IMG/VR virus record: IMGVR_UViG_2850808358_000004
Source: a virus
Lineage: Duplodnaviria; Heunggongvirae; Uroviricota; Caudoviricetes
DNA: 33,562 nucleotides
Direction: 5' to 3' (one strand)
The notes beneath the pieces were generated by a model. It worked only from the letters and a program-made list of their open reading frames with translations, was not told the origin of the DNA and ran no database searches. Below are positions 18,188-26,893 of the stretch, piece after piece (within the stretch, counting starts at the first letter, position 1; each line of letters opens with the position of its first letter). Position numbers and translations under genes: made by a program.

Positions 18188-18663
18188 GCCAGTTCGACAG
18201 CCTTTATGCATATCTGCGGCAGGTGTTTGACATTTCCGTGTTTGACAATACCGGCTTTGATTCGTGGATGAGTGATATTCGTCTTTTGCCCGCAGAGAAA
18301 GACATGGGGCTTGGACAGATAAGAATGGGTATTCGCCAGTACAACGCCGTGTTCGACTGGCAGCGCTGGCCATGGCGTCAGGTTGACCCTGATTTGCTGT
18401 TATGCGCCCTGCTTGTCTGGCGGGACGAACAGGCTAATGACTACTACAGCCAGCTTGAGCTTGATGCGCCGGATGTCAACATCGAACCCACGGACGACAA
18501 CATTGCAGAAGTGACTGTCAGTATGCCGCTCGCTGACCCCATCATTCTGATCCCGGACGAGGCCGGTTTTATCATGATGGGCGGCATCCGTTACCGGCTG
18601 GATAAGCCAGAGATCTGGGTGGCAGAAAATATCACTGTATCCACCATCAGGGCAGGGAAATAA
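18184..18663 (+). CDS. Putative head-tail connector or tail completion protein
   Basis: 159 aa, ATGA overlap with gpL stop; acidic; assignment by position only. Confidence 0.4.
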   Translation: MSQFDSLYAYLRQVFDISVFDNTGFDSWMSDIRLLPAEKDMGLGQIRMGIRQYNAVFDWQRWPWRQVDPDLLLCALLVWRDEQANDYYSQLELDAPDVNIEPTDDNIAEVTVSMPLADPIILIPDEAGFIMMGGIRYRLDKPEIWVAENITVSTIRAGK

Positions 18664-18666
18664 ACA

Positions 18667-19395
18667 ATGGACATCTCCCTGCACGGCGAACTTAACCGGA
18701 CACAGCTTAAGCAGCTGCAGACAATGCTGGCCAACGGTGAGCTCCCCCCGGCAAAACAACAGCGTCTGCTGCAGCGTATCGCAAAACGCGGCGTTATTCC
18801 GGCCGCAAAGCGCCATGTTCGCGAACAAAAGAATGTTGATGGCAGCAGTTTTGCAGAACGCCGCTATGGCAACAGACCGCTGCTGAAGGGGCTCCCTAAA
18901 TTTCTGAAAGTGCACGACATGCCATCAGCGAAATCGGTGCGTATATACGCAGCAGGCAGGAGCTATCGCCAGCCCCACAACCACAGGGAAATCAGCGTGG
19001 GTGCAGTGGGATATATCCAGAGCCATGGCGTTACGTTCACAGTGAACGCATCGCAGCTGAAAACCGACGCGATGGAAAAAGCCAGCAAGGAACCCTGCTC
19101 CCGCCGTCAGGCGATAAAGCTGCGCAAGCTGGGCTATACGGTGAGCGGCAAAAAAAGGGGGACGCGCCGCAAACCATCAACGGCAGATATCCGGACGTCG
19201 CTCACGAAAGGGCAGGCAGGCGTGATTATCCGCAGCATGGAAGGCATACCATCCAAAAGCTGCTGGACGATAACCATCCCACCCCGTCAGTTCCTTGGTG
19301 TCAGTAACGAGGAATTTGCACGGATACTGTCCCGCCAGTTGCAGGGCATCAATTATGGCTGGCAGACAAAGCCGCAGGACATTAAGAGGAAATAA
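18667..19395 (+). CDS. Putative virion morphogenesis / tail completion protein
   Basis: 242 aa, basic; located between head completion and sheath-like genes. Confidence 0.4.
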   Translation: MDISLHGELNRTQLKQLQTMLANGELPPAKQQRLLQRIAKRGVIPAAKRHVREQKNVDGSSFAERRYGNRPLLKGLPKFLKVHDMPSAKSVRIYAAGRSYRQPHNHREISVGAVGYIQSHGVTFTVNASQLKTDAMEKASKEPCSRRQAIKLRKLGYTVSGKKRGTRRKPSTADIRTSLTKGQAGVIIRSMEGIPSKSCWTITIPPRQFLGVSNEEFARILSRQLQGINYGWQTKPQDIKRK

Positions 19396-19398
19396 CCC

Positions 19399-20523
19399 AT
19401 GACGTTTCCACAGGTCACAATTAATCAGCTCAACACCCACAGCGGAAGCAAGCGTGGGATCGCCTGCACCCTGCTGATGGTGGGCGAGCATACAAAAGCC
19501 ATTCTCCCGACACCGGTTACAGCACAAACCGATCTTGACTCGCTGTTAGGAACAAAGGATTCATTGTTACGCAGTAACGTGCAGGCGTTTCTGGATAATG
19601 CCGGACAAAATGCCATGATCTGGCTGGCAACCGTGCAGACACCCCAGCCTTCTGGTCAGACCCGAACGTGGGCTGATGTGGTTATGGATGCACAGGCCAC
19701 CCTCTCGGTGGAAGGCGTTGTCGTTGTTCGCGCTAACGCCTCAGGTAACGATATCGACAAAGCGCAGCAACTGCGCAGCGAACTCAATAACACCTTCCAG
19801 CGCTGGACATGGTTTATCCTGGCTGTTCGCGGCTGCGGAACAGGCGAGAAGTGGTCAGAATACGTCACCGTCATGACCGGACTACAGAAAGGCATTGCCG
19901 CTTACGCGGTGCAGCTTACCCCGATGCTGTTCGGCAATGAACCGGGGATACTGGCCGGTCGCCTTTGCAATCCATCAGTGACGATTGCTGATTCCCCCGC
20001 CCGTGTTGCAACCGGCGCACTGGTCAATATGGGCCGCAACGATAAACCGCAGGACAGCGACAAGCGCGAACTGGACATTGCCACCATCAGGGCCCTGAAC
20101 AGGGCGCGTTTCAGCGTACCAACGTGGTATCCCGACTACGAAGGTTACTACTGGGCCGACGGCGTCACGCTCGATGTGGACGGTGGCGATTATCAGGCTA
20201 TCGAATATCTGCGCGTTGCCGATGAAATGGCCCGTCAGGTGCGTTTGCTGGCTATCCCAAAAATCGCCAATCGCTCACTGAACTCCACCCCGGCAAGTGT
20301 GGCCGCGCACCAACAGCTTTTCGCGAAGCCCATGCGCGACGGCGCAAAGAGCCTGAAAATCAACGGCACGGTATTCCCTGGCCTTTGCATGTCACCGCAC
20401 GACGGCGACGTAAAAATCTCATGGCCGGAAAAAGACAAAGTGCAGATTGCGATCGTGGTTCGCCCGTATAACTGCCCGAAAGAAATCACCATCAGCATCA
20501 TGCTGGACGAAAGCGGAGAGTAA
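19399..20523 (+). CDS. Putative tail sheath protein
   Basis: 374 aa, immediately followed by a 153-aa tube-sized gene and upstream of chaperone/tape measure; assignment by size and order, not by recognised motif. Confidence 0.45.
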   Translation: MTFPQVTINQLNTHSGSKRGIACTLLMVGEHTKAILPTPVTAQTDLDSLLGTKDSLLRSNVQAFLDNAGQNAMIWLATVQTPQPSGQTRTWADVVMDAQATLSVEGVVVVRANASGNDIDKAQQLRSELNNTFQRWTWFILAVRGCGTGEKWSEYVTVMTGLQKGIAAYAVQLTPMLFGNEPGILAGRLCNPSVTIADSPARVATGALVNMGRNDKPQDSDKRELDIATIRALNRARFSVPTWYPDYEGYYWADGVTLDVDGGDYQAIEYLRVADEMARQVRLLAIPKIANRSLNSTPASVAAHQQLFAKPMRDGAKSLKINGTVFPGLCMSPHDGDVKISWPEKDKVQIAIVVRPYNCPKEITISIMLDESGE

Positions 20524-20526
20524 CCC

Positions 20527-20988
20527 ATGAACACCGAACGCATCAGTGGTATGAGCTTTGACACGTCATTTAATGGCCGCATCGTTCACGTAAAAACCGC
20601 CACCCTTGATATTACCGACAACACCAAAGCCATTCAGGAGCGCGGTGTACCTGATGGCTGGGTACGCGGCGACGTGGAAGCCGGCGGTGAAATTGAACTG
20701 GATACCGTTAACTTCCAGCTTCTTGGTGAAGCCGCGCGTGAAGCAGGGAGCTGGCGCGACATCGAAGAAGCCGACTTTCTCTTCTTTGCCCGTGCAGCAA
20801 AGACAGAACTCAGGGTGGAAGCCTTTGGTTGCAAACTGCTGATCAGTAACCTGCTGAATATCGACAGCAAGGGCGGTGACAACATAAGCCATAAAATCAA
20901 ATTTATGGTGACTTCGCCGGAGTTCGTCAAAATTGACGGTGTTCCGGTTCTCAGCGCCACCGATGTTCGGGACATCATGAACCAATAG
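20527..20988 (+). CDS. Putative tail tube protein
   Basis: 153 aa, follows sheath-like gene; by synteny. Confidence 0.4.
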   Translation: MNTERISGMSFDTSFNGRIVHVKTATLDITDNTKAIQERGVPDGWVRGDVEAGGEIELDTVNFQLLGEAAREAGSWRDIEEADFLFFARAAKTELRVEAFGCKLLISNLLNIDSKGGDNISHKIKFMVTSPEFVKIDGVPVLSATDVRDIMNQ

Positions 20989-20996
20989 GAAAGACA

Positions 20997-21335
20997 ATGC
21001 AAAGCACCCCCCACAACTGGAGCGACTGGCTGGCGATAATCAAAGACTGGTTACGTGGTGATATCCCTCTTGACAGTCTGCTGATGACTGCCGTCATTGC
21101 AGCACTCAGAGTGTTTTACACAGGCCGCAGCTGGCGTCGTCTTTTGCTTGAGGTGCCGTTGTGTTGCCTGCTGGCCGTGGCGGCATTCACCCTCATTAAG
21201 CCGGTCCCCGTCGCATGGCTGACCGAAGACTGGCGCGTCGGTATCGGTGCCGCAATTGGCCTTATTGGTGTTGAACATATCCGGGCACTGGGTGTGTTCA
21301 TCACAAAGAAATTTGCAGGGAAAAGTGACGAATGA
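20997..21335 (+). CDS. Holin (three predicted TM segments)
   Basis: 112 aa with hydrophobic segments LLMTAVIAALRVFYTG, LLLEVPLCCLLAVAAFTLI, VGIGAAIGLIGV and charged C-terminus; directly upstream of the lysozyme. Confidence 0.6.
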   Translation: MQSTPHNWSDWLAIIKDWLRGDIPLDSLLMTAVIAALRVFYTGRSWRRLLLEVPLCCLLAVAAFTLIKPVPVAWLTEDWRVGIGAAIGLIGVEHIRALGVFITKKFAGKSDE

Positions 21336-21775
21336 AAATTTCAGACAACGGGCTGGCCGCACTTAAACGCGAAGAAAACTGCAAACTGACCGCTTACCCC
21401 GATCCGCGCGGCGTATGGACCATTGGTACAGGTCACACAGGAAAGGTTGATGGTGTCGCAGTTCACAAAGGCATGACCATCACCCAGGACACCGCCGACA
21501 GACTGCTACGCGACGATCTGTCATGGGTGGAGCACTGCATCGCTGAACGGGTAACAGTTCCGCTGAACCAGAGTCAGTATGACGCGTTGTGTAGCCTGAT
21601 TTTCAATATCGGCGCTGACGCTTTTATCGGTTCCACCGTTCGCCGTCAGTTAAACGCCGGCAACTACACCGCCGCCGCTGATGCTTTCCTGAAATGGAGC
21701 CGCGCAGGCAGTAACCCGACAATTCTGGCCCCGCGTCGCGGACGTGAGCGGGCAATGTTTCTGGGACAGAGGTAA
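21332..21775 (+). CDS. Endolysin, GH24 phage lysozyme (muramidase)
   Basis: Catalytic-triad-like E ... D ... T spacing in KREENCKLTAYPDPRGVWTIGTGHTG; 147 aa. Confidence 0.85.
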   Translation: MKISDNGLAALKREENCKLTAYPDPRGVWTIGTGHTGKVDGVAVHKGMTITQDTADRLLRDDLSWVEHCIAERVTVPLNQSQYDALCSLIFNIGADAFIGSTVRRQLNAGNYTAAADAFLKWSRAGSNPTILAPRRGRERAMFLGQR

Positions 21776-21781
21776 GGCCAC

Positions 21782-22246
21782 ATGAAACGCGCAACACTCG
21801 CCTTTATCGTCTTCATGGTCGTCGCCGTGGCCGTGCTCGGCTTCACAGCTGACTACTGGCACAACCGCTTCACCAGGGCAGAAAAAGCCCGCCAGAAAGC
21901 CGTAAATCTTGCCGACACCCGACAGCAGACCATTGACGACATGACACTGCGTCAGCGCCAGAACGCCGCGCTTGATGCGAAATACACAAAGGAGCTCGCC
22001 AATGCAAAAGCTGAATCCGAAAAGTTACGCGCCGATCTTGCTTCTGGCCGTCGCCGGTTGCAGCTCCACGCCGTCTGTATGCCCGCCGCCACGCGTGATA
22101 CCACCGCCACCGGCTCAACTGATGCAACCGCCGCCCGACTTACTCCGGACGCTGAACGGGATTATCAGCATCTCAGAGCCGAAGCGAAAGCCGTCGTTGC
22201 ACAAGTGAACGGCCTGCAACAGTACATTACTGAACAATGTCATTAA
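21782..22246 (+). CDS. i-spanin (Rz-like)
   Basis: N-terminal TM anchor LAFIVFMVVAVAVLGF followed by charged coiled-coil region; contains the embedded Rz1 frame. Confidence 0.65.
   Translation: MKRATLAFIVFMVVAVAVLGFTADYWHNRFTRAEKARQKAVNLADTRQQTIDDMTLRQRQNAALDAKYTKELANAKAESEKLRADLASGRRRLQLHAVCMPAATRDTTATGSTDATAARLTPDAERDYQHLRAEAKAVVAQVNGLQQYITEQCH
22002..22208 (+). CDS. o-spanin (Rz1-like lipoprotein) embedded in the +1 frame of the i-spanin gene
   Basis: MQKLNPKSYAPILLLAVAGCSS lipobox signal peptide, proline-rich mature part; AAGGAG RBS 7 nt upstream of ATG 22002. Confidence 0.6.
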   Translation: MQKLNPKSYAPILLLAVAGCSSTPSVCPPPRVIPPPPAQLMQPPPDLLRTLNGIISISEPKRKPSLHK

Positions 22247-22276
22247 AAAATGGCACCACTCACCGGGGAAAATAGC

Positions 22277-22549
22277 ATGAAAGACGAAAATACCACCATC
22301 ATCACCCTGACCGTCGCAGGCGAGGACATTCGCTTCGCCCCGACCGAAGCTGTCTACAACAAGTTCGTGAATGAAATAACGATGGATAACAAGGTGGCGC
22401 CAGCCAAAAACTACCTGATGCGCTGTGTACACCCGGAAGACAAAGAGAAACTGGAGAAGCTCATTCACCGCCCGGGAGCAGCCCTTCAGATGGCAGCAAA
22501 ACTCAATGAAGATTTTGCCGTCAATCTGGATATCACCGTAAAAAAATAA
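22277..22549 (+). CDS. Tail assembly chaperone (P2 gpE / lambda gpG analogue); a -1 frameshift product would extend to 22737
   Basis: Small acidic protein directly upstream of the tape measure gene; ends at an A7 run; alternative start ATG 22250 in the ORF track. Confidence 0.55.
   Translation: MKDENTTIITLTVAGEDIRFAPTEAVYNKFVNEITMDNKVAPAKNYLMRCVHPEDKEKLEKLIHRPGAALQMAAKLNEDFAVNLDITVKK
22540..22546 (+). other. Candidate programmed -1 ribosomal frameshift slippery heptamer A_AAA_AAA
   Basis: Seven consecutive A at the last two codons of the chaperone; the -1 frame stays open for 63 codons (KKIKAALSGIERNGYAQYLVLRRHWLPDGEDTPEDIAAAVWLDNRYFENMSIAVNNGIARAFKGG) and stops at TAA 22735-22737, overlapping the tape measure ATG. 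Confidence 0.5.
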
Positions 22550-22736
22550 AGGCGGCACTGTCCGGCATTGAGCGCAACGGCTACGCGCAATATCTGGTAT
22601 TACGCCGCCACTGGCTACCGGATGGCGAGGACACACCGGAAGACATTGCCGCTGCGGTCTGGCTGGACAACCGTTATTTCGAAAACATGAGTATTGCCGT
22701 CAATAACGGCATTGCGAGAGCATTTAAAGGTGGGTA

Positions 22737-24818
22737 ATGGCTGCTGAACTTGATTTTACGCTAAGTCTGGTTGATAAGCTGACGAGACCCTTAAAACAGG
22801 CGCAATCGGCTGTGACCGGATTTGCTGACAAGGCAACAGCCGACTTTAAACGTCTCGGTTTTGGTGTGGCCGGGTTATGGGGGGCTGCTCAGGGAATAAA
22901 AGGACTGGTCAACCCCGCCCGCGACATGGAAGCCGCGCTGGCCGAAGTCAGCTCGCTGGATGTGGCAAATAAAACACTCGATCAGCTGCGTAAAACTTCA
23001 CAGACGTTTGCCATTAACTACGGCGAAAGCGCCAGCAATTTCGTCCGCAGCGCCTACGATATCCAGTCCGCCATCGCAGGACTTCAGGGTGACGAACTGC
23101 CAAAATTTACTGAAGCATCCGCCATTCTCGCCAAAGCCACCAAATCAGACACGGCCACCATTACTAACTATATGGGCACCATGTACGGTGTTTTTAAAAA
23201 TACCGCAGAGAAGATGGGGCGCACGCAGTGGGTTGAACAAATTGCCGGGCAGACCGCAACCGCCGTTCAGGTGTTCAAAACTACCGGTAATGAAATGTCT
23301 GCTGCCTTTACTGCGCTGGGTGCCAACGCGCAGGCAATGAAGGTATCTGCCGCTGAACAGTTCGCCGTACTGGGACAGCTCCAGTCCACCATGTCAGGCA
23401 GCGAGGCGGGAACCAAATATAAATCATTCCTGGCGGGGATTGGGAATGCGCAAAAAGTGCTGGGGCTGAACTTTACCAACCGGGACGGCAGTGCCAGAAG
23501 CATTACCGGTATCATCGACCTGATTAAAGGAAAGTTTGGCGATCTGTCAAAAGTGGCAGATGCAGACCTGCTGAAAAAAGCCTTTGGCAGCGATGAAGCG
23601 GTGTCCATGATTAAACTACTGGCCGGAGATGTTGACGGGCTGAAACGGAACATCAATACATTAGGTAACATCAAAGGCATGGATAAAGCCATCGAAATGG
23701 CGAAAAAGATGGTTGACCCGTGGGATCAGGTTAATTCTTTACTGGAGCAGGTTCGCGTCAGCATTGGTCTGCGGCTCGATCCCGTCTTTGCCCCGTTCCT
23801 GCAAAAAATCATCACCGGCGGGAAAGCCTTCATGAAATGGCTGGATACGTTCCCCAATATTGCCCGCTGGCTGGGATATATCACTGCAATGACCCTCGCC
23901 TTTGCCGCAGCAGGGGCGCTTGCCAGTATCACGATGGGGGCCTTCGGCTTTATCATGACCGGGCTCAGCGGAATTGCTGGCGTGCTGAAAGGCGCATGGA
24001 AAGGACTAATCTTCACCCTGGATTTATTACGCCCCTCCCTGCTTTCAACCCGTCTTGGCCTGATGGGGCTATGGATTCAGGAAAAAGCCGTCTGGGTGTG
24101 GTCAAAGCTGGTCGCTCTTTGGGCAGGGATCTGTAAAGCAGCGATCGTAGCCTGGAACGTAGTGTTACGTGCGGGCGCGGTTGCAATGCGCCTGTGGGGC
24201 GTGGCGACGGCATTCGCAGGCGGTGCGCTTCAACTCCTGATAAGTCCCATAACCCTGATTATTCTCGCCATTGCCGCACTTGCCGTAGGGATCTGTCTGG
24301 CTATCAAATACTGGGACAGTATTAAAGCCGCCATCATGGACACGGAAGCTTTCAGTGCCCTGCTAAAAGTCATTAACGCTGTGGTGGGCTGGTTTGATGA
24401 TGCATGGAACAGCATTAAAGCCGGATGGGACAATCTGACGAACTGGTTTAAAAATTTCTCGCTGGCCGACACATTCGGCAATATCACAGCTGGAATTGGC
24501 AAGCTCTTTGACGGCATATGGGATTCCATTAAGAGCGCCTTTACCGGGACATGGAACTGGATAGCAGAGAAGCTCAACAAAATCCCCGGTGTCAATATCA
24601 GCACCGCACAACAGACCGTCGCACCGACACCCGCCCCGGAGCTTATCACTGGCAACCGTAGCGCCGCCATCCAGGGCGGGCCGGTAAGTCACCAGATAAG
24701 CAACAACCGGGGCGACAAAGTCACCAATAACAACGTTAAGCAGGATATCACACTGCACGTTGACACCCTGGCGACACCGGGACAACTGGCGGAATACAGC
24801 GAACTGGCAGCGGGGTGA
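22737..24818 (+). CDS. Tail tape measure protein
   Basis: 693 aa; alpha-helical N-terminal half and hydrophobic/Gly-Ala-Trp-rich C-terminal segments typical of tape measure proteins; preceded by chaperone with frameshift site. Confidence 0.85.
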   Translation: MAAELDFTLSLVDKLTRPLKQAQSAVTGFADKATADFKRLGFGVAGLWGAAQGIKGLVNPARDMEAALAEVSSLDVANKTLDQLRKTSQTFAINYGESASNFVRSAYDIQSAIAGLQGDELPKFTEASAILAKATKSDTATITNYMGTMYGVFKNTAEKMGRTQWVEQIAGQTATAVQVFKTTGNEMSAAFTALGANAQAMKVSAAEQFAVLGQLQSTMSGSEAGTKYKSFLAGIGNAQKVLGLNFTNRDGSARSITGIIDLIKGKFGDLSKVADADLLKKAFGSDEAVSMIKLLAGDVDGLKRNINTLGNIKGMDKAIEMAKKMVDPWDQVNSLLEQVRVSIGLRLDPVFAPFLQKIITGGKAFMKWLDTFPNIARWLGYITAMTLAFAAAGALASITMGAFGFIMTGLSGIAGVLKGAWKGLIFTLDLLRPSLLSTRLGLMGLWIQEKAVWVWSKLVALWAGICKAAIVAWNVVLRAGAVAMRLWGVATAFAGGALQLLISPITLIILAIAALAVGICLAIKYWDSIKAAIMDTEAFSALLKVINAVVGWFDDAWNSIKAGWDNLTNWFKNFSLADTFGNITAGIGKLFDGIWDSIKSAFTGTWNWIAEKLNKIPGVNISTAQQTVAPTPAPELITGNRSAAIQGGPVSHQISNNRGDKVTNNNVKQDITLHVDTLATPGQLAEYSELAAG

Positions 24819-24821
24819 CAA

Positions 24822-25160
24822 ATGAGTACGAAATCACTTTATATCGACCTGCTCATTACTGACGGCGATCTTACGTTCAACTCCGCCAGTGAGCCGGTCT
24901 TGTGTGACAACCGCCAGAGTATTGCTCAGGACATGATTCACGCCCTGATTGAAAGTGGTCTGCCCTGTCGTCTGATTGCGGAGAACAGCCCCACACTCAG
25001 GGCCGACCTGTTCACGCAAATGGTGATACTCCTGGAGGAGGATGAACGCCTCATTCCCGGCTCCGTATTTATTGACGAAGAGCAACGCGGCCAGCTCCTT
25101 GTTACCGCCGATACCTACGATTTTGGTCAGTTAAGCCAGGGGATGCGCTATGCAGAATAA
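24822..25160 (+). CDS. Putative small baseplate protein (W/gp25-like position)
   Basis: 112 aa acidic protein directly upstream of the baseplate J-like gene. Confidence 0.4.
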   Translation: MSTKSLYIDLLITDGDLTFNSASEPVLCDNRQSIAQDMIHALIESGLPCRLIAENSPTLRADLFTQMVILLEEDERLIPGSVFIDEEQRGQLLVTADTYDFGQLSQGMRYAE

Positions 25161-26328
25161 TATCGACTTCAAAAACATACTGCGCGAAAGCGGAATGCCG
25201 GTTGATGAACAGACCGTACGTGACACCCTGCAACAGGTGGCAGATGATGAAAAACTCATCACCAATACGTCGCGCATGTCGCCATTCTGGCGGCTGATTC
25301 AGTTGCTGGTTATCACGCCGTATGTGTGGATTGTTGACACACTGGCTGACAATGTACTGCATAATCTGTTTCTGATGACTGCCAGAGGGCCGTTCGTTGA
25401 CCTGTTCGCTGCCGCCCTCAAGCTTACCCGCAAGGAAGCCACGCGTGCGATCGGTAAAATCATTTTTACCAAAAACAACCAGAATGACAGTGTGACCGTA
25501 CCGGCTGGCACACTGATTCAGACGGAGCGTATTAACGGTGTGATTTATTCCATGGCGACCCGCGAGCAGGTAATTATCCCCGCAGGCACGCAAAGCACCC
25601 TTATTGATGTGATCGCCACCGACAGCGGTACGGCATTCAATCTGGCACCAGGCTATTACCAGATACTCCCCAAAGCGATTAACGGAATTGCGTCTGTACG
25701 TAACGGTGATAACTGGCTGACCATACCGGGCGCAAACCGCGAAAGTGACGACGAACTGAAAGATCGTTGCCGTAACCAGTTTAACCTTGCCGGCAGTTAT
25801 CACACTGACGCAGTTTACCGCAGCCTGATAGCTGCACAGGCCGGACTGACCATCGATCGCATCTTCTTTTTACATGACGCCCCGCGAGGACCTGGTACAA
25901 CTAATGCCTACCTGCTGCTGGATACCGGGGTTATTTCGCAACCCTGGGTTGACAGCGTGAATGATTACATCATGGCACAGGGACATCACGGCCACGGCGA
26001 TGATATGCGTTGTTTTGCCATGCCGGAAACCCGCCACGATCTGGCGGTTACGGTGTATGTTGAAAACCTTTCCAATATCAGCAAAAACGATATCGACGCT
26101 CTGAAATCAGGCACTGAAAACCTGATTCGTTGTGCATTCCGTGAAAACAGTAACTACGACGTAACCCGCACATGGCCATACAGTCGCTTTTCATTCTCGC
26201 AACTGGGACGCGAACTGCATGACACCTTTCCTCTGGTGGGATCCGTGACGTTTTCCCTTGAGGATATCATCAGCGATCTGAACGTACCCCGCCTGAACAC
26301 ACTGACAGTTGAGGTGAAGAATGCCTGA
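25150..26328 (+). CDS. Baseplate J-like protein (P2 gpJ / Mu gp47 family)
   Basis: 392 aa, position between small baseplate protein and I-like/tail fiber genes; family assignment from overall sequence character. Confidence 0.7.
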   Translation: MQNNIDFKNILRESGMPVDEQTVRDTLQQVADDEKLITNTSRMSPFWRLIQLLVITPYVWIVDTLADNVLHNLFLMTARGPFVDLFAAALKLTRKEATRAIGKIIFTKNNQNDSVTVPAGTLIQTERINGVIYSMATREQVIIPAGTQSTLIDVIATDSGTAFNLAPGYYQILPKAINGIASVRNGDNWLTIPGANRESDDELKDRCRNQFNLAGSYHTDAVYRSLIAAQAGLTIDRIFFLHDAPRGPGTTNAYLLLDTGVISQPWVDSVNDYIMAQGHHGHGDDMRCFAMPETRHDLAVTVYVENLSNISKNDIDALKSGTENLIRCAFRENSNYDVTRTWPYSRFSFSQLGRELHDTFPLVGSVTFSLEDIISDLNVPRLNTLTVEVKNA

Positions 26329-26893
26329 TAAATCACCGGACATTAAGTTGCCGTCATGGCTGAATCGCGGCGATGTGCTCCGCCTGAAAAACACCTTTAT
26401 CCGTTTCTGGGGAAAGGTGCACGACTGGGTAACATGGCCACTGAGCCAGACCGACCCACTGACATGTGCGGAATCCATTCTGAACCTGACAGCCTGGCAA
26501 TATGATATAGCCCGTTTTGACGGCGAACCGCTCACGCTGTACAGAAAGCGTGTCAAATATGCCTTTATCAACGCACAGGACGCGGGCAGCGTGGCGGGAT
26601 TCAGGGCAATTTTTGAACGACTGGGGATCGGTTATGTGGAGATTCAGGAGCGCCAGCCAGGCACAGACTGGGATGTTGTTCTTTTGCGCCTGACAGACAA
26701 CCAGATCTCAGAAAATACAACATTACTCAATCAGATAATTCGCCAGTACGGTCGCACCTGCCGCCGTTACCATCTTCAGATAATCACATCCACGGATTGT
26801 GTTATCGGACACGGATACTGGCATGGCAGCTATCACTATTTTTATGCACCGGAGATGAAAAATGACCCAGAGCGCTATCACTTCAGCATTTGA
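26321..26893 (+). CDS. Putative baseplate/tail protein (P2 gpI-equivalent position)
   Basis: 190 aa between J-like and tail fiber genes. Confidence 0.5.
   Translation: MPDKSPDIKLPSWLNRGDVLRLKNTFIRFWGKVHDWVTWPLSQTDPLTCAESILNLTAWQYDIARFDGEPLTLYRKRVKYAFINAQDAGSVAGFRAIFERLGIGYVEIQERQPGTDWDVVLLRLTDNQISENTTLLNQIIRQYGRTCRRYHLQIITSTDCVIGHGYWHGSYHYFYAPEMKNDPERYHFSI

Noticed and set aside
22960-24821. Plus and minus ORFs of 96-152 aa inside the tape measure gene
   Set aside because: Alternative frames of a long confidently assigned gene; proline- or serine-rich artefacts
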